DNA from: an uncultured Lachnospiraceae bacterium
GTDB lineage: Bacteria; Bacillota; Clostridia; Lachnospirales; Lachnospiraceae
NCBI GenBank assembly: GCA_900549665.1
Contig: URPH01000002.1
Span: 29,947 to 93,946 of the forward strand
Direction of reading: 5' to 3'
Length of the DNA stretch: 64,000 nt
The position numbers and the translations under genes were made by a program. Every line of letters begins with the position of its first letter. The stretch's first letter is position 1. The notes beneath the pieces are model-generated. The model had not been told where the DNA came from. It searched no databases and was given only the letters and a program-made list of their open reading frames with translations. Below are positions 1 through 9,500 of this stretch, in pieces.

Positions 1-1255
1 TCTCAGCCGCAACAACAGCAAATCCTCTTCCGGCCTCTCCGGCACGCGCTGCTTCAATAGATGCATTGAGTGATAACAGATTGGTCTCACTTGCTATCTC
101 TGTGATCATTTCTACCGCTGCTCTGATATCGGTAACACAGTCGTTGGTAACCGTTGTCTGCTTGGATATAAGCTCAACGGATTCTCTGGTCTTGTCATTA
201 ACGGCGCTCAACTGTGTCAGAATCTGAACCGCATCATCACCGGCTGAATTCATTTCTTTAGAGGTACTTCTTAATTCATCTACATCATTGGTAGTATCTA
301 CGATCATATTGCCCATCGTAATAACATGCTCTGTTGCCTTCTGGGTCTCATCAGCCTGATTACCGGCACCGGTCGCAATTTCATTGGTGGCAGTCTCAAC
401 CTGCGACATCGTTTCGATACTGTCCACAACGCTCTGTGTCATATTGTCGGATGCGGCATAAACACGGTCGGCCATATCCTTGACCCCTGCCATAAACTCT
501 TCCAGTCTTGTCTCCAGTTCGATAACCGAAGCACTGATCTCGCCGCTCTCATCACCTCTTGCGGTATATTTTTCCAGATCCGGATTCTTGGTAAAATCCA
601 ATCCTGACATTTTCTTGATTTCCTGATTTAATACCGTAATCGGCTTTACGATCCTGATCGCAATAAATGTGGTAAAAGCGATATAGAAAAGCAGTACACC
701 AGCAGCTGCGGCAATTCCTATAATCGTAACCTCTCTCATTTCCGCAAAAATCTCATGCTCGTCCGCTGTAACAACAACAATAAATGAAGCAGAACCGTCT
801 ACATAATAGGATGCATATTTTTTGACACCATTAAAATCATATTTGATAAGCGCCGGCTCCGGTATCTCTCCCTGCTCAATCTGACTAACCAGCTGTTTGA
901 CCGCGGCATTTTCTACCGGCTGTCCGATCTTTTCCGGTGTGGGATGAAACAGCATCGTGCCATCACCAGAAACAACATATGTATAGCTGGATGGAATATC
1001 ACTTACAGCAACATCTCTTACAACACGGCCAAGCGTACTTGAATTGAGGGCAACAGCACTGCCACGCTCTGCTTTGATCGTGTCGATCTCTTTTCCGGTT
1101 ATCTTTGCCAGATCAGTCATATAGTCTTCCGTCAGCTCGGACAGATTGCTCTTTGCCTTCGGAATGACAATCAGCATCACAATGCAGACAACAATGACCA
1201 AGGATACCGAAACCAGAGATACTACTTTTCCAGTTATTGAATTTAATTTCTTCAT
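1..1255 (-). CDS. Methyl-accepting chemotaxis protein, 3' end truncated by window edge. It has an N-terminal TM segment, an extracellular sensor domain, a HAMP domain and the start of the MCP signalling domain.
   Basis: Minus-strand translation starts [17 protein letters not shown] at 1255 and is preceded by a GGGGGAA RBS. Downstream residues ...[20 protein letters not shown]... and ...[27 protein letters not shown] match the MCP signalling-domain consensus. The ORF runs off the window start, so it is absent from the ORF track. Confidence 0.8.
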   Translation of the reverse strand, partial: MKKLNSITGKVVSLVSVSLVIVVCIVMLIVIPKAKSNLSELTEDYMTDLAKITGKEIDTIKAERGSAVALNSSTLGRVVRDVAVSDIPSSYTYVVSGDGTMLFHPTPEKIGQPVENAAVKQLVSQIEQGEIPEPALIKYDFNGVKKYASYYVDGSASFIVVVTADEHEIFAEMREVTIIGIAAAAGVLLFYIAFTTFIAIRIVKPITVLNQEIKKMSGLDFTKNPDLEKYTARGDESGEISASVIELETRLEEFMAGVKDMADRVYAASDNMTQSVVDSIETMSQVETATNEIATGAGNQADETQKATEHVITMGNMIVDTTNDVDELRSTSKEMNSAGDDAVQILTQLSAVNDKTRESVELISKQTTVTNDCVTDIRAAVEMITEIASETNLLSLNASIEAARAGEAGRGFAVVAAE

Positions 1256-1410
1256 ATCATTTCCCCCATTGATATTTATAAAATTATACCAGTATTTTAT
1301 CAAAATCAGACAAAAAAATCAACATTGTGAACAAAACAAATCAAAAGTCAGATAATACTCATGTAAAAAGTATGTAAAATCCTGCAACAGCTTATAACAA
1401 CAATCTTAAA

Positions 1411-1446
1411 ATAAAAAAACAGAGGATCCTATGCAAAGATCCTCTG
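1411..1446 (-). terminator. Rho-independent terminator downstream of tRNA-Thr
   Basis: Perfect 9-bp stem cagaggatc/gatcctctg (1420-1446). It is flanked by an A-run on the plus strand, which is a T-run on the minus strand after the hairpin. Confidence 0.55.
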
Positions 1447-1454
1447 TGTAATAA

Positions 1455-1527
1455 AGCTTCCTAACGGACTCGAACCGTCGACCTTCTCATTACGAGTGAG
1501 ACGCACTACCAACTGTGCTAAGGAAGC
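1455..1527 (-). tRNA. tRNA-Thr (anticodon CGU)
   Basis: The reverse complement gives a 7-bp acceptor stem (GCTTCCT/AGGAAGC), a D-arm GCACAGTTGGTAGTGC, an anticodon stem TCTCA/TGAGA with loop CTCGTAA (anticodon CGT), and a T-arm GACGG-TTCGAGT-CCGTT. Confidence 0.8.
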
Positions 1528-1597
1528 AATCTAGATATATAATATTCAGACCAAAACTTATTATATACAAAGATATTTGAGAATGCAACTGTTTTTC

Positions 1598-2500
1598 TTA
1601 CTCTGCCATATGAATATCCAGCTGCGGGAACGGAATTTCAATGCCCGCACCATCCAGAGCATCTTTCAGCCCCTCCAGGATCTCCGCTCGAAGATTCCAA
1701 TAATCTTCTGTTTTGGCGTAACATTTTACGCAGAGTATGACCGCACTGTCTGCCAGCTCTTCGACGCTGACTACCACATCCTTATCCTGCATGACAAGGG
1801 TATGACCTTTTACAAAATCATACAAAACCTGTCTTGCCTTGTGGATATCAGACTGATAAGAAATCCCGACATTGACATCCAGCCTGCGGAACTGTGCTGT
1901 TGTATAATTGACCAGACTGGTATTGGCCAGTGTACCGTTGGGCAGAATAACGGTACGGCCGTCAACGGTCAGCAGTTTGGTATAAAACATCTGGATTTCT
2001 GTTACGTTTCCTTCATTGCCATTGGAATCCTCTTTGATATAGTCTCCAACCTTGAAGGGCTTTAAAAGCAGGATCAGGATTCCTCCCGCAAAATTAGCAA
2101 GACTTCCCTGCAGTGCCAGGCCGATCGCCACTCCGGCCGAACCGATGACGGCAACCACACTTGTCGCATCCAGTCCCAGTCCGCTTGCGATCATAAATAA
2201 TAAGATGACATACAGGCCCACTTTTACAAATGAATCGGTAAACTGGATCACTCCCGTATCTACCTTGGCCTTTGTCATGGAATGCCTGACAATCTTTCGA
2301 ATCATCCTGATCACCCACATCCCGATAAATAAAAATATCAGGGCTAAAACAATGCGGATGCCCAGATTGAGTGCCTTTTGCGGCATTTGTTCAAGATATG
2401 CTTTTAGGATACTTACCTTTTCTTCAACCTCTTCGGGCGTTAATTCCTCAATATCCGTAGTGGCAAGACCTTCTATCGATCCAAAACAGGGAAAAAACAT
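1598..2500 (-). CDS. Small-conductance mechanosensitive channel (MscS family)
   Basis: 300 aa with TM helices, then the conserved MscS beta-domain region (...NFAGGILILLLKPFKVGDYI...VTEIQMFYTKLLTVDGRTVILPNGTLANTSLVNY...). Confidence 0.85.
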   Translation of the reverse strand: MFFPCFGSIEGLATTDIEELTPEEVEEKVSILKAYLEQMPQKALNLGIRIVLALIFLFIGMWVIRMIRKIVRHSMTKAKVDTGVIQFTDSFVKVGLYVILLFMIASGLGLDATSVVAVIGSAGVAIGLALQGSLANFAGGILILLLKPFKVGDYIKEDSNGNEGNVTEIQMFYTKLLTVDGRTVILPNGTLANTSLVNYTTAQFRRLDVNVGISYQSDIHKARQVLYDFVKGHTLVMQDKDVVVSVEELADSAVILCVKCYAKTEDYWNLRAEILEGLKDALDGAGIEIPFPQLDIHMAE

Positions 2501-2501
2501 A

Positions 2502-4970
2502 TCAGATCATTTCCTCCTCAAACTTTTTACGTTTATTTTCGATGTCCTTTGCTTTTTTTTCAAGATCCTGTGCTCTTTGCGCCGCATCCATGGATTTTTT
2601 GAGAGCATCCTTGGCAACCAGTTCAGCCTCCTGGGCAACAGCTCTTGCAGCAATTGCAGATTCTTTAAGTTCATCTTCCTGGGCAATCAGCTCCTGGAGC
2701 TTTCTGGATTCTTCCCGTCTTTGCCTTGCGATCGCACGCTTTTCCTCTATTGCAGCCTTCTCCTTTTCTGAAAACGGCGTGTAAGAAAAGACAACGACAC
2801 TGAATGCTGGTGAAGTAATGCGGATGGATTCTTCTCTTTCATCACATTCATCCAGATCACTGCTGAGTGCTTTTGTATTGCTAAATCCGTTTCCGCCGTA
2901 TTTTTTCAGGTCGGAATTAAATATTTCCTTGTATTTACCGGCATACGGAACTCCGATTTTGTAGCCCTTCCGGTCCACACCGGAAAAATTGCACACAACA
3001 ACTAATGATTCTTTTGCGTTACCTGTCTTCCGGATGAAAACAAGGGTATTTTCATTGCCGGATATATTGTTGATCCATTCAAAGCCATCCGGATTTTCAT
3101 CCATTGTATACAATGCCGGATGTGATTTATATAATTCGTTGAGTGCCGTCACATACTGATGCATATTTTTGTGGTCATCATATTTTAGCAGATCCCACTC
3201 GATGCTGCGTTCTTCATTCCATTCATCAAATTCTCCAAAATCCTGTCCCATAAAGAGGAGCTTCTTGCCTGGATGCATCATCATATATCCGTATGCAGCC
3301 CTCAGGTTTGCGAATTTCTCCGGAATGTCCCCGGGCATCTTTCCAACCATTGCAGACTTGCCATGGACAACCTCATCATGGGAGAGCGAAAGGATAAAGT
3401 GCTCGCTGTATGCATAAACCATACTAAAGGTCAGTTCTCCGTGCCGACCGGCGCGGAATAACGGATCACACTTCATATAATCCAGGAAATCATTCATCCA
3501 GCCCATATTCCATTTATAATCAAAGCCAAGCCCGTCTTTTTTTACAGAGGCGGTTACATTGGGCCATGCTGTTGATTCTTCTGCTATCATCATAACAGAA
3601 GGATCTGTTTTTTTAATAATACTGTTTAAATGCTTCAAAAATTCCACGGCTTCCAGATTTTCCTTGCCGCCATACATATTCGGCACCCAGTCTCCGTCAT
3701 TTCTGCCATAATCAAGATACAGCATGGAGGCAACCGCATCCATACGGATACCGTCTGCATGATATTCCTTAAACCAGTACAAAGCATTGGCGATCAGGTA
3801 ATTTTTAACCTCCGGTCTGCCATAGTCAAAGATCAGTGTCCCCCAGTGCGGATGCTCTGCTTTTCTTTTGTCAGCGGGCTCATACAGGCTGGTGCCGTCA
3901 AAACCGCAAAGGCCATGTACATCACGCGGGAAGTGTGCGGGTACCCAGTCTAAGATCACACCAAGACCTTCCTTGTGAAGGTAATTGATAAAATACTGAA
4001 AATCCTGCGGTGTTCCATATCGGGAGGTCGGTGCATAATAGCCAATGACCTGATATCCCCAGGAAGCATCTAACGGATGCTCCATAACCGGCATCAGCTC
4101 AACATGCGTATATCCGGTCTTTTTCGCGTATTCAGCAACCTTTGGTGCAAGCTCTCTGTAATTGTAAAAATCCCTGCCATCATCGGGCTTTGCAAAAGAT
4201 CCGAGGTGGATCTCAAGGACACTCATGGGATTCTTGTGCATATCTGTTTTTTTACGGTTTTCGATCCAGGAATCATCCTCCCATGAAAAACCGGTCAGAT
4301 CATATACTATAGATGCCGTATCCGGACGCTTCTGGCTGTATATGCCATAAGGATCCGCCTTCAGAAAGGTCAGTCCGCCCTTTGCCTTGATTTCAAATTT
4401 GTAGTTGTCCCCGATATTTGCCCTGGGGATAAAAAGCTCAAAGATGCCGGAATCCCACAGGCGGCGCATCTGATGGATTCTGCCATCCCAGCGGTTGAAA
4501 TCACCGACAACACTGACACGCATCGCATTGGGTGCCCAGACTGCAAACAACACGCCATGTACCCCATCAATAACATAGGGATGTGCACCGAGCAGATGAT
4601 ATATCTCATAATGGATACCCGCATTAAATTTTTCAGCATCCTTTTTGGTAATGACAGGCTCATAAGCATAAGGATCATAAAAGGTATCGGTTGTTCCGTC
4701 TTCCATACGGACAGAAAAGCTGTATTTATCCAAGGAAACGGTCTTGGGGATCAGAACTGCAAAAAATCCCTCTTCGTCCGCCAGTTCCATAGCATATTCT
4801 TTATTTTTGGTATGCAGGACAGCCTCCACCGCCTGCGGATAGAAAAGCTGTACCAGATTGCCGCCGCTGACAGGATGTACTCCGAGAATATTTTGCGGCT
4901 GATCTTCTTCTGAATATGTAATTCCTTCAATGGCAGCCCAGTCCATCAACTTATATAATTTATTCGTCAT
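2502..4970 (-). CDS. glgB: 1,4-alpha-glucan branching enzyme GlgB, with an unusual ~95-aa charged C-terminal extension
   Basis: GH13 motifs are present (GVILDWVPAHF, GIRMDAVASMLY, EESTAWP, HDEVVHGK), together with the N-terminal CBM48 region. The C-terminus after ...VVVFSYTPF is a K/E/A-rich predicted coiled coil. Confidence 0.9.
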   Translation of the reverse strand: MTNKLYKLMDWAAIEGITYSEEDQPQNILGVHPVSGGNLVQLFYPQAVEAVLHTKNKEYAMELADEEGFFAVLIPKTVSLDKYSFSVRMEDGTTDTFYDPYAYEPVITKKDAEKFNAGIHYEIYHLLGAHPYVIDGVHGVLFAVWAPNAMRVSVVGDFNRWDGRIHQMRRLWDSGIFELFIPRANIGDNYKFEIKAKGGLTFLKADPYGIYSQKRPDTASIVYDLTGFSWEDDSWIENRKKTDMHKNPMSVLEIHLGSFAKPDDGRDFYNYRELAPKVAEYAKKTGYTHVELMPVMEHPLDASWGYQVIGYYAPTSRYGTPQDFQYFINYLHKEGLGVILDWVPAHFPRDVHGLCGFDGTSLYEPADKRKAEHPHWGTLIFDYGRPEVKNYLIANALYWFKEYHADGIRMDAVASMLYLDYGRNDGDWVPNMYGGKENLEAVEFLKHLNSIIKKTDPSVMMIAEESTAWPNVTASVKKDGLGFDYKWNMGWMNDFLDYMKCDPLFRAGRHGELTFSMVYAYSEHFILSLSHDEVVHGKSAMVGKMPGDIPEKFANLRAAYGYMMMHPGKKLLFMGQDFGEFDEWNEERSIEWDLLKYDDHKNMHQYVTALNELYKSHPALYTMDENPDGFEWINNISGNENTLVFIRKTGNAKESLVVVCNFSGVDRKGYKIGVPYAGKYKEIFNSDLKKYGGNGFSNTKALSSDLDECDEREESIRITSPAFSVVVFSYTPFSEKEKAAIEEKRAIARQRREESRKLQELIAQEDELKESAIAARAVAQEAELVAKDALKKSMDAAQRAQDLEKKAKDIENKRKKFEEEMI

Positions 4971-6222
4971 ATTGTTTTTCTCCTCTTGTTATGTCATGAA
5001 TAAACAGACCACTGCGAAGCTTTGGTTCAAACCATGTGGATTTGGGCGGCATCAGCCGATGTGCATCTGCCACGGCAAACAATTCCCCAATGGAGGTCGG
5101 ATACATGGAAAAAGCACAGGCAGCTCCATCATCCACTCTCTTTTCCAGCTCCCCTAGTCCACGGATACCTCCGACAAACTCGATCCGGTTGTCGGTCGTA
5201 GGATCCTTTATGGAAAACAATTTGTAAAGTACATAATCCTGAAGAATGGATACATCCAGACTTTTTACAACATCAGAATCAAGCAGGTGCTCTTTTGCTT
5301 TCAGACAATACCAGGTATGATCCATATACATGCCAAATGTCCCCTTGTGCCTGGGTGCATACGGTGTATGTTCCGCTCTTGAAATCTCAAAATCTGTTTG
5401 GAGTGCAGTAATCAGACTGTCCTTTGTATAGCCGTTCCACTCTTTCAGTACACGGTTGTAATCTAAAATCTTTAACTCATCATCCGGGAATAAGACCGAC
5501 AGAAAATAATTGTATGCTTCCGATCTGTCATCCTGCGGATACTGTTCCTTACGCTTCAGCGATACTTTAACTGCAGATGCACAGCGATGATGTCCGTCTG
5601 CAATGTAAATAGACTTCATGGCGGCAAACCGTCCCATGATCGAAGCAATATCCTTTTCATCATCTATGATCCAGACCGTATGCCCTACCCGGTCATCGGA
5701 AACAAAATCATAAACCGGAGCTTTTATCATTGTACGCTCTACGATTTTTTTTAATTCATCATCCTTGCGGTATGCCAGAAAAATAGGACCGGTCTGCGCA
5801 TTGGTCGTGTCCACATGACGGATACGGTCAAGCTCCTTGTCCGCCCTTGTATTTTCATGACGCCGGATTGTCTGATCTACATAATCATCCACCAGACAGC
5901 AGCCCACAAGTCCTGTCTGTGAACGGCCGTTCATTGTCAGACGGTAAATATAATAACAGGGCTTTTCTTCTTTTATAAAACGGCCGTCAGCGATCATGCC
6001 GCGCAGCATTTCATCAGCCTTTTGGTATACTTTATCCGAATACATATCCGTATCATCTGTAAACTGTGTTTCCGGCCGGTCAATGTTTAAAAACATATCC
6101 GGATGGCCTTCCACCACTTTTTTAGCTTCTTTGCGACTATATACGTCATAAGGAAGGGATGCGATCTTTGCCTCATATCCTGCCTTTGGACGAATTGCCC
6201 GAAATGGTCTTATTTCTGCCAT
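4960..6222 (-). CDS. DUF1015 family protein
   Basis: Start refined to MAEIRPFRAIRP (ATG at 6222), preceded by ACGGAGGAA. The ORF track's longer start at 6252 lacks an RBS. The N-terminus is typical of DUF1015. Its stop overlaps the glgB start by 11 nt. Confidence 0.7.
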   Translation of the reverse strand: MAEIRPFRAIRPKAGYEAKIASLPYDVYSRKEAKKVVEGHPDMFLNIDRPETQFTDDTDMYSDKVYQKADEMLRGMIADGRFIKEEKPCYYIYRLTMNGRSQTGLVGCCLVDDYVDQTIRRHENTRADKELDRIRHVDTTNAQTGPIFLAYRKDDELKKIVERTMIKAPVYDFVSDDRVGHTVWIIDDEKDIASIMGRFAAMKSIYIADGHHRCASAVKVSLKRKEQYPQDDRSEAYNYFLSVLFPDDELKILDYNRVLKEWNGYTKDSLITALQTDFEISRAEHTPYAPRHKGTFGMYMDHTWYCLKAKEHLLDSDVVKSLDVSILQDYVLYKLFSIKDPTTDNRIEFVGGIRGLGELEKRVDDGAACAFSMYPTSIGELFAVADAHRLMPPKSTWFEPKLRSGLFIHDITRGEKQYDE

Positions 6223-6369
6223 AAATTCCTCCGTATTTTTGTACCGTAACAAGTATTATCTTTAAAAATTATAACAAACTCACAAACAAATGTGAAGTAT
6301 AATCAGCACGGTATTTTGACAGGTCACACAATGAGTGCTACTATAATAATACTAAAGGAGAGACTGACT

Positions 6370-6660
6370 ATGACACAGGAAGACAAAGACTTTTTAAAGC
6401 GTGTTACGACCTATGCAGAAAAAAACTGCAAGGATCTTGATCCCAAAAAGACCAAATCCAGCGTCCGGTTAGACAAAATGATGCCGGTTTTTGAGGAAAT
6501 TGCCAGAGAAAACGGACAGGATGTGGAAGATGTTTTTGTGCGTTACATGGACTTATCCATGGAAGCAGACATGACAAAGGCCGGCAAGGATACCTCTGAC
6601 ATCTTCGATATTCCGGATGGTGAATTCGGAAGTGGCGGATTGGATCTATTCCATTCATAA
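6370..6660 (+). CDS. Small hypothetical protein (~96 aa), acidic
   Basis: ATG at 6370 preceded by AAAGGAGAG. MTQEDKDFLKRVTTYAEKNC... is one of the few plus-strand genes. It is followed by a strong bidirectional terminator. Confidence 0.45.
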   Translation: MTQEDKDFLKRVTTYAEKNCKDLDPKKTKSSVRLDKMMPVFEEIARENGQDVEDVFVRYMDLSMEADMTKAGKDTSDIFDIPDGEFGSGGLDLFHS

Positions 6661-6680
6661 TACCTGATAAAGAACAGATA

Positions 6681-6737
6681 AAAGACCTTCAAAATCTTTT
6701 GTATCATCAAAGGATTTGAAGGTCTTTTTATATTTTT
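6681..6737. terminator. Bidirectional rho-independent terminator between the small plus-strand gene and the SulP gene
   Basis: 13-bp stem aaagaccttcaaa/tttgaaggtcttt, with an A-run on one side and a T-run on the other. Confidence 0.6.
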
Positions 6738-6751
6738 AATAAACAATTATT

Positions 6752-8413
6752 TTATTTACCGGTCTGTTCCAGCAGTTTATTGGCAAATGCCAGAGCATCG
6801 TCAATATGTGCACAGAAATGATCTGCCCCCACCTTGTCCACAAAGCCATCCTTCTGCATCGTATGGTAGGGCTGGTCGTTTACATGTGAAAATACAAGCT
6901 CTACGCCATGTCGTTCGCATTTTTCCTGAAGGTTTTCCAAAGAATGCATAGCTGTTGCATCCAATGCCGGCACACCACGCATACGGATAACAAGCACCTT
7001 GGTAAAGTCCTTTAATGTGATCTCTGCCATTCTGTCAGCCGCACCGAAAAACATCGGTCCGCTGATCTCATATACCCTGATCTGTGTCGGAACACTTCTA
7101 AGCTCGATTGCGTCCGGATCATTTTCATCATCAAAGTATTTCCAGCCACGCACCTCCGATTCATCACTCATACGTTTCATAAACAGTACGCAGGCTGCAA
7201 TCATGCCGGCTTCGATTGCCATAACAAGGTCAAAGATAACGGTAAGTAAAAAGGTCATAACCAGTACAAAAATATCACTTTTCGGCGAGGTCCTGCACAA
7301 ATGCAAAAAGGTCTTAAAGCCGCACATATTGTAAGCAACCATAAAGAGGATGGCTGCGATTGTCGGCATGGGAATCAGTGCCGCATACGGCATCAGAATC
7401 ACGAGTACCAGTACCAGTGTGATGGAATGTACCATTCCGGCGATCGGAGTCCGGCCGCCGTTTTTAATATTGGCAGCGGTTCTTGCGATGGCACCCGTAG
7501 CCGGAATTCCTCCAAACAACGCCGATCCGATATTACCAATTCCCTGTGCAACCAGCTCCATATTGGAACGGTGTCTGGAATTGATCATACTGTCTGCCAC
7601 CACACAGGAAAGCAGTGATTCGATGGCAGCCAGAATGGCAATGGTAAGACCGTCCGAAAATTCCGACCGGATCGTTTCCAGTGTGATATGCGGAATATGA
7701 AAGGCCGGCAATGCAGAACTGATCGTATATAAATCACCGATCGTATTGACATTGAGCTTTAAAAAACGAACCATCAGGATTCCTGCAATAACAGCGATCA
7801 GCGAACCCGGAATCTTTTTACTGATAAAAGGCCAGACAATCAGAATTGCCAGACTGACCATACCAACAAGTACAGCCATCGGATTGATCGTGGGCAGGAA
7901 ACGGATCACAGCCTTTACCTTTTCCATCGTCTCGATCGTGACTGTTCCCGGTGCATAAGTAAGTCCCATAAAGTCCTTTAATTGTCCAATTACAATTGTG
8001 ACGGCAATTCCGGCTGTAAAACCGGTTGTGATCGTATAGGGGATAAATTTGATCAGACTTCCGAGTCTGCAGATTCCCATGATGATCAAAATAATACCGG
8101 CGATCAGAGTTGCAACAATCAGACCATCCATACCGTTTTTTGCCACAATTCCGGCTACGATCGTCGCAAAGGCAGCTGTCGGTCCTGCAATCTGTACTCG
8201 GCTTCCGCCGAAAAACGAGATCAGAAAGCCGGCAACAATGGCGGTATAAATTCCCTGCTCCGGTCCTACTCCGGATGCAAGCGCAAGCGCGATCGAAAGC
8301 GGCAGCGCAATGATAGCCACAATAATTCCGGCAATCACGTCCTTTACAAACTGCTCTTTTGTGTAGGTCTTCATGACACTAAACAACTTGGGCTTTAACT
8401 TTTCTTTTGTCAT
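6752..8413 (-). CDS. SulP family inorganic anion (sulfate/bicarbonate) permease with C-terminal STAS domain
   Basis: 553 aa with multiple TM helices, the SulP signature region (AGPTAAFATIVAGIV...) and a C-terminal STAS-like domain. Confidence 0.85.
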   Translation of the reverse strand: MTKEKLKPKLFSVMKTYTKEQFVKDVIAGIIVAIIALPLSIALALASGVGPEQGIYTAIVAGFLISFFGGSRVQIAGPTAAFATIVAGIVAKNGMDGLIVATLIAGIILIIMGICRLGSLIKFIPYTITTGFTAGIAVTIVIGQLKDFMGLTYAPGTVTIETMEKVKAVIRFLPTINPMAVLVGMVSLAILIVWPFISKKIPGSLIAVIAGILMVRFLKLNVNTIGDLYTISSALPAFHIPHITLETIRSEFSDGLTIAILAAIESLLSCVVADSMINSRHRSNMELVAQGIGNIGSALFGGIPATGAIARTAANIKNGGRTPIAGMVHSITLVLVLVILMPYAALIPMPTIAAILFMVAYNMCGFKTFLHLCRTSPKSDIFVLVMTFLLTVIFDLVMAIEAGMIAACVLFMKRMSDESEVRGWKYFDDENDPDAIELRSVPTQIRVYEISGPMFFGAADRMAEITLKDFTKVLVIRMRGVPALDATAMHSLENLQEKCERHGVELVFSHVNDQPYHTMQKDGFVDKVGADHFCAHIDDALAFANKLLEQTGK

Positions 8414-8463
8414 TTTTTCATTCTCCTCATAAGATATATACTGACATCTCTGTCATTTGCACA

Positions 8464-8499
8464 TAAAAAGATGCTCTGGATTTACCCCTCCAAAGCATC
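8464..8499 (-). terminator. Putative rho-independent terminator overlapping the stop codon of the WYL regulator gene
   Basis: Stem gatgctctgga/tccaaagcatc (10 of 11 bp paired), followed on the minus strand by TTTTTA. Confidence 0.45.
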
Positions 8500-9465
8500 G
8501 GTTAAGGCCTGTTTCATCTGATTTACAACATGTGGCGGAGAAAGGATACAAACCTCTTTCCCCAGACCGAAAATCCATCCGAAAAACTGTTGACTGACAG
8601 TCACGGATACAAAAACAGTAGAATAATCTTTCCCTTTCGGAACAATCATAATATCTTTTCCAAACCGGTCAATAAAAACACCTGCCAGATGGTTTGGAAA
8701 TAAAATCTTTACTTTTTCTTCTTTTCCACCAAACATTCCAAATTTTTTATTGGAATAGGTCGCTATATTTTCCTGCTCAAACGCTTCTTTTCCTTCTCTT
8801 TCCCGGTCAAGCATCGTGATATCGAGCATCTTGTCAACCCGGTAGTGCCGGATGGTCCGGCTCTTTTCATCCCAGGCAATCAGATAATAATTTTCATCAT
8901 TGAAGGACAACATCCATGGCGATACCTCATAAAGCTCACCGCCATGCCGAAGCTCACGCTTTTTTTCGGTATTCCACCGGAAATACCGGAAGCTTATCAT
9001 ATGGTTTTGGGAAATTGCGGACTGGATGGCATCGACCGAATAATAGATGCTTTCGTTGTCCGCCTTGACCCGGTCCTGTACATAGACCTGCCTTTGCAGC
9101 TTTTTGGCATCGTATTCACTGCACTGGCCCTCCAGCTTGGATATCAGCTCCTGCGACTTTTTCAGGGTCAGAAATCTGGAAGTCTGGATCAGGTCTACCA
9201 ACAGCTTGAGCTCTGCCAGTTCAAACTCCCTGGTAAGCAGCCGGTACTCATAAGAGGCGCCTGTCTTTTCTCCCACAACCTCATATCCCAGCTTTTCCAG
9301 ATCACGGAAATCTGCATAAATACTCTTTCTTTCCGCAGAGATATCATGATCCTGTAAATAGGCAAGTATCTCCGGCATGGTAACGGCATGCTCATCATCT
9401 GTCTTTGCCTGCAGAAACTTCAAAAGATAATATAATTTTAGTTTTTGATTGGATCCCTTTGCCAT
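8482..9465 (-). CDS. YafY/PafBC-type transcriptional regulator (N-terminal wHTH plus WYL domain plus C-terminal WCX-like extension)
   Basis: The N-terminal HTH pattern (...MPEILAYLQDHDISAERKSIYADFRDLEKLGYEV...GASYEYRL) and the WYL-type motif (NYYLIAWDEKSRTIRHYRVDKM) support the call. The gene is the last of the cassette, 35 nt after the macro gene with no intervening terminator. Confidence 0.75.
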   Translation of the reverse strand: MAKGSNQKLKLYYLLKFLQAKTDDEHAVTMPEILAYLQDHDISAERKSIYADFRDLEKLGYEVVGEKTGASYEYRLLTREFELAELKLLVDLIQTSRFLTLKKSQELISKLEGQCSEYDAKKLQRQVYVQDRVKADNESIYYSVDAIQSAISQNHMISFRYFRWNTEKKRELRHGGELYEVSPWMLSFNDENYYLIAWDEKSRTIRHYRVDKMLDITMLDREREGKEAFEQENIATYSNKKFGMFGGKEEKVKILFPNHLAGVFIDRFGKDIMIVPKGKDYSTVFVSVTVSQQFFGWIFGLGKEVCILSPPHVVNQMKQALTDALEG

Positions 9466-9500
9466 AATTACTATCTCATAAAAACTTCATTTTGTGTGAT

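Noticed and set aside
1400-1600. tRNA-Thr as a possible integration site for a mobile element
   Set aside because: No integrase, recombinase, direct repeat of the tRNA 3' end or phage-like genes flank it. Its neighbours are an MCP gene and an MscS channel.
2052-2771. Plus-strand 239-aa ORF, one of many similar plus-strand ORFs (e.g. 12452-13024, 20219-21004, 35947-36552, 54702-55232, 56860-57501), lying antisense to well-supported minus-strand genes
   Set aside because: Each overlaps, on the opposite strand, a gene with clear family-level homology (MscS/GlgB, TPR protein, IlvB, hydrogenase, transglutaminase lipoprotein, RF3). Their translations are low-complexity (Ser/Leu/Phe/Ile-rich) with no RBS. 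They are typical shadow ORFs.
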